A model generated the notes under the pieces. That model searched no databases. It saw only the letters and a list, made by a program, of their open reading frames with translations, and was not told the DNA's origin. From an uncultured Gemmiger sp. (GTDB taxonomy: Bacteria; Bacillota; Clostridia; Oscillospirales; Ruminococcaceae): a stretch of DNA of 64,000 bases. Positions 33,926 to 45,952 of the stretch are shown one piece after another (position 1 is the stretch's first letter; each line of letters starts with the position of its first letter). The position numbers were made by a program, and so were the translations under genes. The stretch spans positions 2,822 to 66,821 of the forward strand of contig CALXBE010000010.1 in assembly GCA_944386495.1 (NCBI GenBank), written 5' to 3'.

Positions 33926-34036
33926 AGAGGGAAGGGCAAAAGCAGTAAAAAGGCTTTATTTATAGGCTAAGTCCGCAATAAGGCTTGGAATCATTAAAAA
34001 GCTTGGAACCATTAAATTATCATAAGGGTTTTTATT

Positions 34037-35089
34037 ATGAGTTCTTATTTGAATCAACTTCATCCTGAGCGGCATGATGCTTATCTGGATATTCCCCAGG
34101 ATGCTCAGGAATATCTTCATTATCTGGATTATGTGAAACATCTCTCGCCAAGAACCATTCATGGCTATTACCTGGATCTCAGAACTTTCTTCCGATACCT
34201 TATGATTCATAAAGGCATCGTTTCACAGGATACTCCTTTACAAGAAATCGACCCAAGAACTATAACCATCCAGGATATCAGGGCCGTTCAGAAGTCCGTC
34301 ATTTTTGCTTATCTGCAGTATCTGCAGGCCCATAATAATTCCTTCGCAGCTCGCAGTCGCAAGCTGACAGCACTGCGGGGCTTCTATCATTACCTTCTCA
34401 CCCAGGTAGGACGCATCAAATATGATCCCACCGAGGACATTGATTTAGGCTCTCCCAGAAAGACACTGCCCAGATACCTGACCCTGGAGGAAGCTCAATC
34501 TTTGTTAAATAATACACAAAGTGATTTTGCAGAACGAGATTACTGTATAATAACATTGTTTTTGAATTGCGGGATGCGGCTGGTGGAGCTGTGCGGCATC
34601 AGTATGTCGGATTTCAGAGACGATACCATCCGAATCGTTGGCAAAGGCGGCAAAGAACGGCTGGTTTACCTTAATGATGCCTGTCTGGATGCGCTTCGCC
34701 ATTATCTGCCTGTCCGGAATAAACTGAAGCTGACCGAAAAGGATGCGCTGTTTATCAGCAAACGGACTGGAAAACGGCTTACGCCCAGACGAGTGCAGCA
34801 AATTGTGGAGCGCAGTTTGAAAGCGGCCGGACTGGACGGACGCGGATTTTCCCCACACAAACTGCGGCACACTGCAGCTACGCTTATGTATCAATATGGG
34901 AATGTGGATATGTTGGCACTCAAAGAAATTTTGGGGCACGAGAATGTATCCACCACCCAAATTTACACCCACATCAATACAAAGCAGCTGAAAAATGCGG
35001 TAGCCTCCTCTCCCCTTTCTGGTGTTACTTACCCGCAAAAAAAGCTCCGGGAGGAGCCGGAGCCTGAATCAGAGGAAGAGGATTCCTAA
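34037..35089 (+). CDS. Xer-like site-specific tyrosine recombinase (350 aa, acidic C-terminal tail)
   Basis: N-terminal SAM-like domain 'LSPRTIHGYYLDLRTFFRYL'. Catalytic 'GMRLVELCGI', 'GKGGKERLVYL', 'HKLRHTAAT' and 'LGHENVSTTQIYTH'. Confidence 0.85.
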   Translation: MSSYLNQLHPERHDAYLDIPQDAQEYLHYLDYVKHLSPRTIHGYYLDLRTFFRYLMIHKGIVSQDTPLQEIDPRTITIQDIRAVQKSVIFAYLQYLQAHNNSFAARSRKLTALRGFYHYLLTQVGRIKYDPTEDIDLGSPRKTLPRYLTLEEAQSLLNNTQSDFAERDYCIITLFLNCGMRLVELCGISMSDFRDDTIRIVGKGGKERLVYLNDACLDALRHYLPVRNKLKLTEKDALFISKRTGKRLTPRRVQQIVERSLKAAGLDGRGFSPHKLRHTAATLMYQYGNVDMLALKEILGHENVSTTQIYTHINTKQLKNAVASSPLSGVTYPQKKLREEPEPESEEEDS

Positions 35090-35662
35090 AAGAACGCCGG
35101 AAGCAGAAACCGGTGTTGCCGCCACAAGGCAAAGAAGATACCGCAGGAGTGTAGGCTTATAATGTACTTGTTCTGCCTTATCAGGTCCTTTCAGAACTCC
35201 TTTCCCCAGAGCAAGAGCCGTACCAAAAGCTTTGGTCCCAACCAGGCAAAGGAGAACCAGCTTCCCCAGATTGGGAATCCAGAACAGCTGCCAATATTGA
35301 ATCAGCCCCTCGGTCCCTTGCAATAGATACAGAGAGATAATTTCATAGAGGGACGAACCGCCATAAGCCAGAAACAAAAGAGGCAAAAGAAATATTCCGA
35401 GTCCGGAAAGTCCGGCAGCCAAAAGCAGACTGGCCTGAAGAAAAAAGGAAAAATAGCTTTGACCGTATATTTTCAGCCAGTTTCCCTCCTGCCGGTCCGC
35501 CAGCAGCGAGGCGGCGCCCTGGGTGGGAATGGTTATTTTTCCGTTTATGGCAAGGATAAAAAGAAAAAGGGTCCCCAGCAGGAAGCAGGCCAGCAATCCC
35601 CAAAATAGAGCGGATCCGCTATGGGCCTTCTGTGAAGATTCTTTTATCGGTTTACTTTGCAT
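35069..35662 (-). CDS. Polytopic membrane protein, SpoIIM-like (tentative)
   Basis: 197 aa with 5-6 TM helices. The topology and the 'FWIPNLGKLVLL' segment resemble stage II sporulation protein M. It lies next to a xer gene, as in Bacillus. It overlaps the xer 3' end by 21 nt. Confidence 0.4.
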   Translation of the reverse strand: MQSKPIKESSQKAHSGSALFWGLLACFLLGTLFLFILAINGKITIPTQGAASLLADRQEGNWLKIYGQSYFSFFLQASLLLAAGLSGLGIFLLPLLFLAYGGSSLYEIISLYLLQGTEGLIQYWQLFWIPNLGKLVLLCLVGTKAFGTALALGKGVLKGPDKAEQVHYKPTLLRYLLCLVAATPVSASGVLLGILFL

Positions 35663-35663
35663 T

Positions 35664-36083
35664 TTATCCCGCCCTTCTGTGTCTTTTTATCCCGGAAGGA
35701 CGAATTGTTCCCAGATATCCGCCAAAGAGCCCTGCGACCGCAAAGGTAAACAGCTTTAAGGGAGTATGGTATGTGAAAACGGGAATGCCGTTCCAAAAGA
35801 CTCCAATCAGGTAGATGGCGGATACAAAGGCGGCAGCGATTCCGCCGCATAGGATGCCGGCTTTTCCGTTCAGCTTTGCCATGGCGTACCCTGCAGCGGC
35901 GACACCCAGGGCTGCGCCCAAAGTGGCAGGAAGAATTGCAGCCTGAAGTGTCATACCACGGCTTTCTACCAGCTTGGCCAGGAAGAAAAAGATAACGAGA
36001 TTTGAAATGATGCCTGCGGCAAGGCCCATCCCCAGAATATACACAGCTCCTTTTTCCGAACTGTGCTGCTTGTGCTTGGACAT
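35664..36083 (-). CDS. Small Gly/Ala-rich integral membrane protein (TIGR04086/YrzE-like)
   Basis: Start at 'MSKHKQH' with a GGGAGGTG RBS. 139 aa, 4 TM helices. The longer listed ORF has no RBS. Confidence 0.55.
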   Translation of the reverse strand: MSKHKQHSSEKGAVYILGMGLAAGIISNLVIFFFLAKLVESRGMTLQAAILPATLGAALGVAAAGYAMAKLNGKAGILCGGIAAAFVSAIYLIGVFWNGIPVFTYHTPLKLFTFAVAGLFGGYLGTIRPSGIKRHRRAG

Positions 36084-36153
36084 AAAAACACCTCCCAGAT
36101 ACCAAATAGGTATACAGGAGGTGTTTTGTTTATTCTTTAGGGAACCTAAAAAA

Positions 36154-36465
36154 TCACTTGTCGCCCATATCCAGCTTTTCCAGGCTGGCGATAGCGCTCT
36201 TCCGGAAACGAATCTTGACACGGTCACTGCCGGTCTCCAGAACAAAGGTATCATCCTTGATGGCAACTACACGGCCAACGATTCCGCCAATGGTGGTGAC
36301 TTCATCGCCAATGTCCATGCTGTTCCGCATTTCGGCGTCCTTCTTGTTCTGCTTGCGCTGGGGCAGATAAATGAGCAGGTACATCATGACCAGCATGATG
36401 CCGACAGTAATCAGAAGGCTCCAGCTGCTGCCGGCACCCTCAGCGGTCAAAAGTGCAATGTTCAT
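36154..36465 (-). CDS. yajC: Preprotein translocase subunit YajC
   Basis: 103 aa with 'YLPQRKQNKKDAEMRNSMDIGDEVTTIGGIVGRVVAI'. Confidence 0.9.
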   Translation of the reverse strand: MNIALLTAEGAGSSWSLLITVGIMLVMMYLLIYLPQRKQNKKDAEMRNSMDIGDEVTTIGGIVGRVVAIKDDTFVLETGSDRVKIRFRKSAIASLEKLDMGDK

Positions 36466-36542
36466 AGTGAGTAACTCCCTTGTTTTTAACTAAAGTGATT
36501 ATATTATACCTAAATTTGTTTCGTTATGCAAGAGGAAAAGGT

Positions 36543-38060
36543 TCAGGAATAATGGGTGTCCAGCCAGGTAAGACGCTGGGTGCAGTACTCATAAAGCTTT
36601 TCCTGAGTATCTACACCATCATGGAACATGCCCCAGCGTTCCAGTTCCCGTTGGTAAGCCCCACTGGAAAGAATGCGCTCGCGGTTATAGTCCAAAAGCG
36701 AGATGATGGCATTTTCCGAGAAAAGGGTGGAACGCAGTTCATGCCACCGCTGTGCTAAATCCCGATCCGTTTCTTCTGAATAAAGCTGCGCGGTGTAATA
36801 TTCTATTCTGTGAATATCTGCCGTCAGACGCTTTTCGAAATCATAGGCAAACCCATTGTCCCAGTAAAATCCAAAGGACATGTCCGTATCCCAGGGAATG
36901 AAGTAAAGGTCGTAGCCGTCCCGGTCAGAGTCATACTTTAGGTAATAGAACATATTCTTGAACCCGGCATTGTCCGAACCGGCAAGATAATTGATGAGAA
37001 GGCTCACATCGATAAAATTGGCCCGGTGGAACTTATTTGCTCCGGTACCATCCCAGGTGTCCACCATCAAATCGTAGGTCTCCTCCTCATTGTAGGGAGA
37101 GGAAACAATCTCGTATCCACCCAAAAGAGTATCTGACGAATTTCCTTTCAGGAGGACATCCACATCCCGGTCAATATCCAGGTATTTTTCATCTACCCGG
37201 CGCTGTAAAAGGTACAGTCCCTTGTATTCGCCATTGAGAATCAGCTCCAGATATTCGCCGGAAGACATCTTGTAGTTCCACTCACAGGTTTCTACAAAAG
37301 AATTCCAAAGATCCATCACAGTCTTTTCCCGGAGTTTGGTATCATCCAGAACCATAGGATTAAGAATCCAATCGTCGTCGGCTCCCAGTCCCAGGAAATC
37401 ACAATCCTTATTGTCTCCGCTTTTATCCTTCAAAGTGACTTTATAGGACTTTTTATCATACTTGGCAGTAGTCTCTCCCCGGGTGTGCCACTCAAGGTTA
37501 CTGGTCTGAACGGAGTAAGACTGTGTTGAAGGGTCATAGCCGGTGAAGAGGACACAATCGCCCGCCATCTCAAATCCAAATTTGGCAGGAACATCCGTCT
37601 CTGCTCCCTCGATTCGGAGCACCGGAAGGGTGGTCAAAACTACCCGGACGGGCCGGTAAGAATCACCTTCCACTACTATGAGGGAAAAAGGAGCCCCCGA
37701 CTCTACTGCTGTGCGCGGCTCCTGAAGCGCTTCATCCAGCACAAGATAAAGACTTTGCTCAGAAATATTGCTGGCAAGGGTGCCCTGTAAATCTGTAAAA
37801 CCATCCAGTGCAGAATCCGGCTGGGAAAGGTAAATAGTACCGTCAGCCAAATCCAGCGGAGCTTTTTCGCCGTTGAAAGTCAGGCCGCTCAAATCCAGAT
37901 TGGAATCCAAGGTATACTGGGCAGTTTGTTCCGGAGCGATGACCGGGACCCCCAGGGCATATTTCCTCTCTTCAAGACGGAACCACACCAAGGCAGCCGC
38001 CAATAAAGCCAGGGCAACCAGAAATAAGGTTATCCGCTTTGTTTTTTCTTCCAGTAACAT
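36543..38060 (-). CDS. CotH-family atypical protein kinase (spore coat protein H-like), N-terminally anchored
   Basis: 505 aa with 'ELILNGEYKGLYLLQRRVDEKYL', 'NMFYYLK' and 'LYFIPWDTDMSFG'. Confidence 0.85.
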   Translation of the reverse strand: MLLEEKTKRITLFLVALALLAAALVWFRLEERKYALGVPVIAPEQTAQYTLDSNLDLSGLTFNGEKAPLDLADGTIYLSQPDSALDGFTDLQGTLASNISEQSLYLVLDEALQEPRTAVESGAPFSLIVVEGDSYRPVRVVLTTLPVLRIEGAETDVPAKFGFEMAGDCVLFTGYDPSTQSYSVQTSNLEWHTRGETTAKYDKKSYKVTLKDKSGDNKDCDFLGLGADDDWILNPMVLDDTKLREKTVMDLWNSFVETCEWNYKMSSGEYLELILNGEYKGLYLLQRRVDEKYLDIDRDVDVLLKGNSSDTLLGGYEIVSSPYNEEETYDLMVDTWDGTGANKFHRANFIDVSLLINYLAGSDNAGFKNMFYYLKYDSDRDGYDLYFIPWDTDMSFGFYWDNGFAYDFEKRLTADIHRIEYYTAQLYSEETDRDLAQRWHELRSTLFSENAIISLLDYNRERILSSGAYQRELERWGMFHDGVDTQEKLYEYCTQRLTWLDTHYS

Positions 38061-38074
38061 GGGCTTATATCCTT

Positions 38075-38776
38075 TTATCGGGAAATCGGAAAGTCTCCGC
38101 TCAGGGCAAGCCGCCCCAGATAATATTTGGAGAATGCGGTCTGACGCAATTTCCCCAAATCCAACTGCCGGTGAATCACATCCGGAAGGAGTTCGTCATA
38201 TTTTACCTCCAGAATCTGCATTCCGGCAGGAAGCACCGGCACCGAGTCGGCAATCGTATCATCCAAAAATGCTCCGCAGCAGGCGCTGGCGGAAATATTC
38301 CGGTCAAATGTGATACGGACATTCCCGGTGGGATGAACAAAGGCAGTCCGCTCGTAGGAAATAATGGCTTTAGGCGCCATTCCGGAGCATTTCATCTGGA
38401 GAAGAAGCTGATTCAATGTAGGACGGTTAGAATCAAACTCGGGGCAATCCCCCACCTGTATCCGGGAGAGTTCTTCCGATCCCAGACTGCAGGAGGTCTT
38501 TTTGGTGAATCCGCTTTTCTTTTCCTTGATTTCCAGCTTCATAATACCGGAGGCCGGGTCATAAGTACGAATACGGTATTTTTTCCGATAATCCACGCCG
38601 GCATCATTTTCTTCCAGGCAGCTGTCCCGGAAATCGTCAAAATACAGGCTTCGAATCTGATAGCAACCGCCCTGCTGGTGGATGTCCTTCTCCATTATGC
38701 CGTCAAGGCGGCTGGCAAGAAGGGTCAGGTCCATGTCAGAAACCAGATATTTTCTCTCAACCCGGTATTCTACCAT
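38075..38776 (-). CDS. VTC-domain (polyphosphate polymerase-like, CYTH tunnel fold) protein
   Basis: 233 aa with 'RVERKYLV', 'IRSLYFDD' and 'KYRIRTYD'. Confidence 0.8.
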   Translation of the reverse strand: MVEYRVERKYLVSDMDLTLLASRLDGIMEKDIHQQGGCYQIRSLYFDDFRDSCLEENDAGVDYRKKYRIRTYDPASGIMKLEIKEKKSGFTKKTSCSLGSEELSRIQVGDCPEFDSNRPTLNQLLLQMKCSGMAPKAIISYERTAFVHPTGNVRITFDRNISASACCGAFLDDTIADSVPVLPAGMQILEVKYDELLPDVIHRQLDLGKLRQTAFSKYYLGRLALSGDFPISR

Positions 38777-39450
38777 CAGACCCGAACCTCACCGCTGTGG
38801 GTCATGAGATGGATATTGGACATATGCTCAAGCCCCATTACATTGCGCACAAGCTGAGTTTCATCCTTGACCTGAAGTTCCAGAATCCACTCCACACCCC
38901 GCTGGGTAACATTCCGGCTGCGAATCTTATACCGCTTGCAATGCTTTGCCACACAGTCAAACAAATCCTTTTCCTGGTCAATGGATTCTCCGGTGACCAC
39001 CAGCAGACAGGGAGCCCGGAAAGTGGGGAGCAAATCCAGAGCGGACACCAGAACCGCTACGGCAAGGCTTACAAGAAGCGCAAGTTCAAACAATCCGGCG
39101 CCGGTGACGATGCCCAGGCTGATGCTCCAGAACAGATAGGTAAGGTCGGCAGGGTCCTTGATGGCGTTGCGAAAACGCACAATGGAAAGAGCACCCACCA
39201 TACCTAAGCTGATGGTGAGGTTGCTGCCCATAGCCAGCATGATGGCAGCGGTGATTACCGGCAGAGTAGCCAGAGATTTATTGAAATCCCGGTTATAGAA
39301 TCCGCTGCGGCTGTTCATCCGGTAAACAAAATAGATAAACAGTCCCAGGAGAATAGCCATCCCTAAGGTGACAGCGATTGTGGTAGTGCTCAGGTCGGCA
39401 GTCTGAAATTTATCCAGAACAGACTTTTTGATCATATCGGAAAAGCTCAT
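38776..39450 (-). CDS. DUF4956 family membrane protein
   Basis: 224 aa with 'LGMVGALSIVRFRNAIKDPADLTYLFWSISLGIVTGAG'. Confidence 0.75.
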   Translation of the reverse strand: MSFSDMIKKSVLDKFQTADLSTTTIAVTLGMAILLGLFIYFVYRMNSRSGFYNRDFNKSLATLPVITAAIMLAMGSNLTISLGMVGALSIVRFRNAIKDPADLTYLFWSISLGIVTGAGLFELALLVSLAVAVLVSALDLLPTFRAPCLLVVTGESIDQEKDLFDCVAKHCKRYKIRSRNVTQRGVEWILELQVKDETQLVRNVMGLEHMSNIHLMTHSGEVRV

Positions 39451-39494
39451 GAGAACAGCCTCCTTTTTACATCCTTCTTTGAATTCTTTTCAAA

Positions 39495-41673
<2,179 letters not shown>

Positions 41674-41896
41674 CTGGTTATTTCCCCTCCGGATTTTGTT
41701 GACAGACAGCATTGAAAATGCTATATTTAGTCCATAAAAAGGCGGATTTTGCGCCCTTAAATTTATAGCGCTCTCAGGCGCAATATACTTTTATATTATA
41801 TTGCATCCGGCGCCGGTTTTCAAGCCGGTTTTTTTATTGTTTGTAATGTGGTCAAAATGACTGCATACATATAGATGGGAAAGGATTTGTAGCATT

Positions 41897-42976
41897 ATGA
41901 AAGAGTATCGTGTAGGCATTGTAGGCGCAACCGGAATGGTGGGTCAGCGGTTTGTAACCCTGTTGGCAGATCACCCCTGGTTCAAGATTACCAAGCTGGC
42001 AGCTTCCGGACGGAGCGCCGGCAAGAAATACGGCGAACTGATGGAAGGCCGCTGGCTCATGACCTCCCCCCTGCCGGAGCAGGTCAAGGATATGGTCGTG
42101 CTGGACGCTTCCAAGGTAGAGGAGATGGCCCAGGGTCTGGACTTTATCTTCTGCGCCGTCAACATGAAGAAGGACGAGATCAAGGCTCTTGAGGAGGCTT
42201 ACGCCAAGGCAGAGTGCCCTGTTGTCTCCAATAACAGCGCCCATCGCATGACCCCTGATGTACCTATGGTGGTTCCTGAAATCAACGCAGACCATCTGGC
42301 AGTGATTGAAAGCCAGCGCAAGCGTCTGGGCACCAAGAGGGGCTTTATTGCGGTTAAATCCAACTGCAGCCTCCAGAGCTATGTGCCCGCTCTCCATCCC
42401 CTGATGGCTGAGTATAAGCCCACCAAGTGCCTGGTCTGCACTTATCAGGCTATTTCCGGAGCAGGAAAGACCTTCGAGACCTTCCCCGACATTCTGGACA
42501 ATGTAATCCCCTATATCGGCGGCGAGGAAGAGAAGAGCGAGCAGGAGCCCCTCAAGCTGTGGGGTCATGTAGAGAACGGCCAGATCGTACCCGCCACCTC
42601 CCCTGCCTTCACTGCTCAGTGCCTGCGTGTGCCTGTTTCTGACGGTCACACCGCTGCTGTATTTGTGAGCTTTGAGAAGAAGCCTACCAAGAAAGAAATG
42701 CTCAAGGCCTGGGCAGAGTTCCAGGGCGAAGCCCAGAAGCTGGAACTCCCCAGCGCTCCCAAGCAGTTCCTCCATTACTTTGAGGAAAATGACCGTCCTC
42801 AGCCCAAGCTGGACCGGAATCTGGAAAACGGCATGGCTGTAAGCATTGGCCGTCTCCGGGAGGATACCCAGTACGATTACAAGTTTGTATGCCTGAGCCA
42901 CAACACCCTGCGAGGGGCCGCCGGCGGAGCCGTTCTGCTGGCTGAATTGCTGGCCAAGAAAGGATATTTTGACTGA
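41897..42976 (+). CDS. asd: Aspartate-semialdehyde dehydrogenase
   Basis: 'VGIVGATGMVGQRF', active-site 'SNCSLQS' and 'AISGAGK'. Confidence 0.95.
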   Translation: MKEYRVGIVGATGMVGQRFVTLLADHPWFKITKLAASGRSAGKKYGELMEGRWLMTSPLPEQVKDMVVLDASKVEEMAQGLDFIFCAVNMKKDEIKALEEAYAKAECPVVSNNSAHRMTPDVPMVVPEINADHLAVIESQRKRLGTKRGFIAVKSNCSLQSYVPALHPLMAEYKPTKCLVCTYQAISGAGKTFETFPDILDNVIPYIGGEEEKSEQEPLKLWGHVENGQIVPATSPAFTAQCLRVPVSDGHTAAVFVSFEKKPTKKEMLKAWAEFQGEAQKLELPSAPKQFLHYFEENDRPQPKLDRNLENGMAVSIGRLREDTQYDYKFVCLSHNTLRGAAGGAVLLAELLAKKGYFD

Positions 42977-42994
42977 GAAAGGGAGGGCCTTTTT

Positions 42995-43882
42995 ATGAAA
43001 CAACCTCTGTTTACCGGTTCCGGAGTGGCTCTGGTCACCCCTATGCACCAGGACGGCTCCATCAACTATGAGACCCTGGCCAAGATGCTGGATGATCAGA
43101 TTGAGAACGGCACTGATGCCATCTTTGTCTGCTGCACCACCGGTGAAGCTCCCACCCTGGAAGATCCCGAGCACCTGGAATGCATCCGGTTTACTGTGGA
43201 GCATGTTGCCGGACGGGTTCCTGTGATTGCCGGAACCGGAAGCAACAATACCGACCACGCTATTATGATGACCAAGGAAGCCCAGGAAATGGGTGCTGAT
43301 GCGGTTCTGCTGGTAACTCCGTACTACAACAAGACCAGCCAGAGAGGACTGATCCAGCATTTCAAAGCCATCGCTCAGTCCACCACTCTCCCCTGTATCG
43401 TTTACAATGTGCCCAGCCGTACCGGTGTAAACATTGCTCCTGAAACCGCCCTGGAGCTTTCCAAGATTCCCAACATGGTGGGCATCAAGGAAGCCAGCGG
43501 AAACATCAGCCAGGTGGCTAAGATTGCCCGTCTCTGTGGCGATGACCTTTATATCTACTCCGGCAATGATGACCAGATCGTTCCTGTTCTCTCTCTGGGC
43601 GGCAAGGGCGTGGTCAGCGTTCTGGCCAATGTTGCTCCCAAGGTTGCCCATGATATCTGCCAGCTCTGGTTTGACGGTAAGCCTCAGGAGAGTATGGAGC
43701 TTCAGCTGAAGTATCTGGACCTCTGCAACGATTTGTTTATGGATGTAAACCCCATTCCTGTAAAGCATGCGCTCAACGAGTTGGGCTATGAGGCCGGTTC
43801 CTGCCGCCTGCCCCTTTGCGATATGCCTCAGGAAAAGCAGGAAGCCCTGCGGAACACCATGAAGGCCGCCGGTCTGCTATAA
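42995..43882 (+). CDS. dapA: 4-hydroxy-tetrahydrodipicolinate synthase
   Basis: 'GSGVALVTPM', 'GTTGEAPTL', 'YYNKTSQ' and 'VGIKEASGN'. Confidence 0.95.
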   Translation: MKQPLFTGSGVALVTPMHQDGSINYETLAKMLDDQIENGTDAIFVCCTTGEAPTLEDPEHLECIRFTVEHVAGRVPVIAGTGSNNTDHAIMMTKEAQEMGADAVLLVTPYYNKTSQRGLIQHFKAIAQSTTLPCIVYNVPSRTGVNIAPETALELSKIPNMVGIKEASGNISQVAKIARLCGDDLYIYSGNDDQIVPVLSLGGKGVVSVLANVAPKVAHDICQLWFDGKPQESMELQLKYLDLCNDLFMDVNPIPVKHALNELGYEAGSCRLPLCDMPQEKQEALRNTMKAAGLL

Positions 43883-43949
43883 GCCAATTGGCCGGGCGCA
43901 GCTCCCAGAAGGGCTGCGCCCTTATTTGTGGATAAGAGAGGATGTAAAC

Positions 43950-44708
43950 ATGATTGATATTGTAATTCAGGGATATAATGGCAGAATGGGCCGGGTGCTT
44001 CAGCAGATTATTTCAGAGCGCACCGACTGCCGCGTGGTGGCCGGAATCGACATTGCCCCTCAGGATGGGCCAATCCCTGTCTATACCAGCCTGGACCAGC
44101 TGCAGGGCGCCGGCGATGTACTCATTGATTTCAGCTCCCCCGCAGCCACCAAGAAAGCTATTGCATACTGCAAAGAGCATGGTATGCCCGCTGTGATCTG
44201 CACCACTGGTCTGGATGAGGAGACCAATCTGGAACTGGTAGAGCTGAGCAAGAGCTGCGCTGTTTTCAAAAGCGCCAACATGTCCATGGGAATCAATCTG
44301 ATCATTTCCCTTGCCCAGAAAGCTGCCAGGCTCCTGGGTGAATCCTATGATGTGGAAATCATTGAGAAGCACCACAACAGAAAGCTGGATGCCCCCAGCG
44401 GAACCGCTTTGATGATTGCCGACGGAATCAACAAAGCCTGTGGAGACCGGTATGAGTATGTATATGACCGGCACAGTGTCCGTCGTCCCCGCGGAAAGCA
44501 GGAGTTGGGAATCAGTGCTGTCCGGGGCGGCACTATTGTAGGCGAGCATGAGGTTCTATTCTGTGGCAATGACGAGGTGATCACCCTCTCCCACAGTGCC
44601 GCAAGCCGCGGCGTCTTTGCCACCGGTGCAGTCAATGCAGCGGTATACCTGGCAGGTAAAGGCCCCGGTCTGTATGACATGAGCGATATGCTGGAGAATC
44701 TGCTGTGA
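43950..44708 (+). CDS. dapB: 4-hydroxy-tetrahydrodipicolinate reductase
   Basis: Start at 'MIDIVIQGYNGRMG'. 'EKHHNRKLDAPSGTA' is present. Confidence 0.9.
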   Translation: MIDIVIQGYNGRMGRVLQQIISERTDCRVVAGIDIAPQDGPIPVYTSLDQLQGAGDVLIDFSSPAATKKAIAYCKEHGMPAVICTTGLDEETNLELVELSKSCAVFKSANMSMGINLIISLAQKAARLLGESYDVEIIEKHHNRKLDAPSGTALMIADGINKACGDRYEYVYDRHSVRRPRGKQELGISAVRGGTIVGEHEVLFCGNDEVITLSHSAASRGVFATGAVNAAVYLAGKGPGLYDMSDMLENLL

Positions 44709-45931
44709 ATCCCCGTGCCTCCCGGCTCAGATCCGCCCTGTTTGCCGTTGTAGTGCTGCTGGTGGTGGCAGTAGTCCTGATGGTGGCCTTCGGAATCAAA
44801 ACAGAGCTTGGGCATCCTGCTGCCGCACCTGTGATTTCCACACCGGAGCCATCCCCTACGCCGACTCCCGGCCCTCAGGTATATCAGGTACGCTTCTCTG
44901 CAACCGGAGATAATCTGATTCACGATGGAATCTATAAGCAGGCCAGAAATCGCGCTCAGGATGGCGGCTACGACTTTGACTATGCCTACGAAAATGTAAA
45001 AGACTTTTACAGCCAGTTTGATTTGAATTGGATCAATCAGGAAACGCTTCTCACCGATGCCTGTGAGCCTTCTGGCTACCCCTGCTTTGCTACCCCCACA
45101 GATATCTTTGATAGTCTGTACGATGTGGGCTGGCGTGCCTTCAATGTAAGTACCAACCACAGCTATGATAAGGGTGCTTTGGGAATTTCCAGCAGTATGG
45201 AATTCTGGAACAGCACTTCGGATGATGTGGCCTGGAGCGGATTTTACGATTTGTCCAGCTATGACAATTACACCTACCAGACTGTAAACGGAATCAAGTT
45301 TGGGTATCTCTCCTATACCTATGGAACCAACGGAATTCCAACCCCTTCCGATACACAGTATGGTGTGATTTATACCGATCAACTGGATATCATTCAGCAG
45401 CAGGTTGCCGCTGTACGCCCCAACTGCGATGTCCTGATTGTCAGCTGCCACTGGGGAACGGAAGGCAGCCATACCATTCATCCCAGCCAGACACAGCTGG
45501 CACAGCAGCTGGCAGATTGGGGCGCCGACTTGATTATCGGTACCCATCCCCACATGATTCAAGACTGCCAGTGGCTCACAGCTCAGGACGGCAGACAAGC
45601 CTTTGTGGCCTATTCTCTGGGAAATTTCCTGAACTTTCAGGCATCTGCGGACAATCTGATCGGCGGTGTCCTGGACATCACCATCCAGAAAACCGTTTAT
45701 CCGGACGGAAGCCAGACCATAGAGCTGCTTAATCCCCAAATTCATGGCGCCATCAGCCATTATGACGGCGGGTACCGGGACGGACGGGTTTATATGTTCT
45801 CTGATTATACACAGGAGCTGGCCCAAAGCCATGGAATCAGAAGCAGTTATCCCTCCTTCAGCCTGGAATACATACAGCAAGTCCTGGAAGCCAATGTGAG
45901 TCCTGAATTTTTAAGCCAAAATCAACAATAG
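44705..45931 (+). CDS. CapA-family metallophosphatase-like protein, membrane anchored
   Basis: GTG start overlapping the dapB stop. N-terminal TM helix, then 'SATGDNLIH', 'VSCHWGTE' and 'IGTHPHMIQ'. Confidence 0.8.
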   Translation: MNPRASRLRSALFAVVVLLVVAVVLMVAFGIKTELGHPAAAPVISTPEPSPTPTPGPQVYQVRFSATGDNLIHDGIYKQARNRAQDGGYDFDYAYENVKDFYSQFDLNWINQETLLTDACEPSGYPCFATPTDIFDSLYDVGWRAFNVSTNHSYDKGALGISSSMEFWNSTSDDVAWSGFYDLSSYDNYTYQTVNGIKFGYLSYTYGTNGIPTPSDTQYGVIYTDQLDIIQQQVAAVRPNCDVLIVSCHWGTEGSHTIHPSQTQLAQQLADWGADLIIGTHPHMIQDCQWLTAQDGRQAFVAYSLGNFLNFQASADNLIGGVLDITIQKTVYPDGSQTIELLNPQIHGAISHYDGGYRDGRVYMFSDYTQELAQSHGIRSSYPSFSLEYIQQVLEANVSPEFLSQNQQ

Positions 45932-45952
45932 TAGAAACGGAGGAGATCTATT

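Noticed and set aside
41674-41896. Lysine (L-box) riboswitch or T-box leader upstream of asd-dapA-dapB. The same possibility was considered for the 79-nt gap before the aspartate kinase gene (11187-11265).
   Set aside because: The regions are short. I could not find the conserved L-box core segments or a T-box specifier/antiterminator arrangement. Only small hairpins with T-runs are present, possibly simple attenuators. An Infernal scan would settle it.
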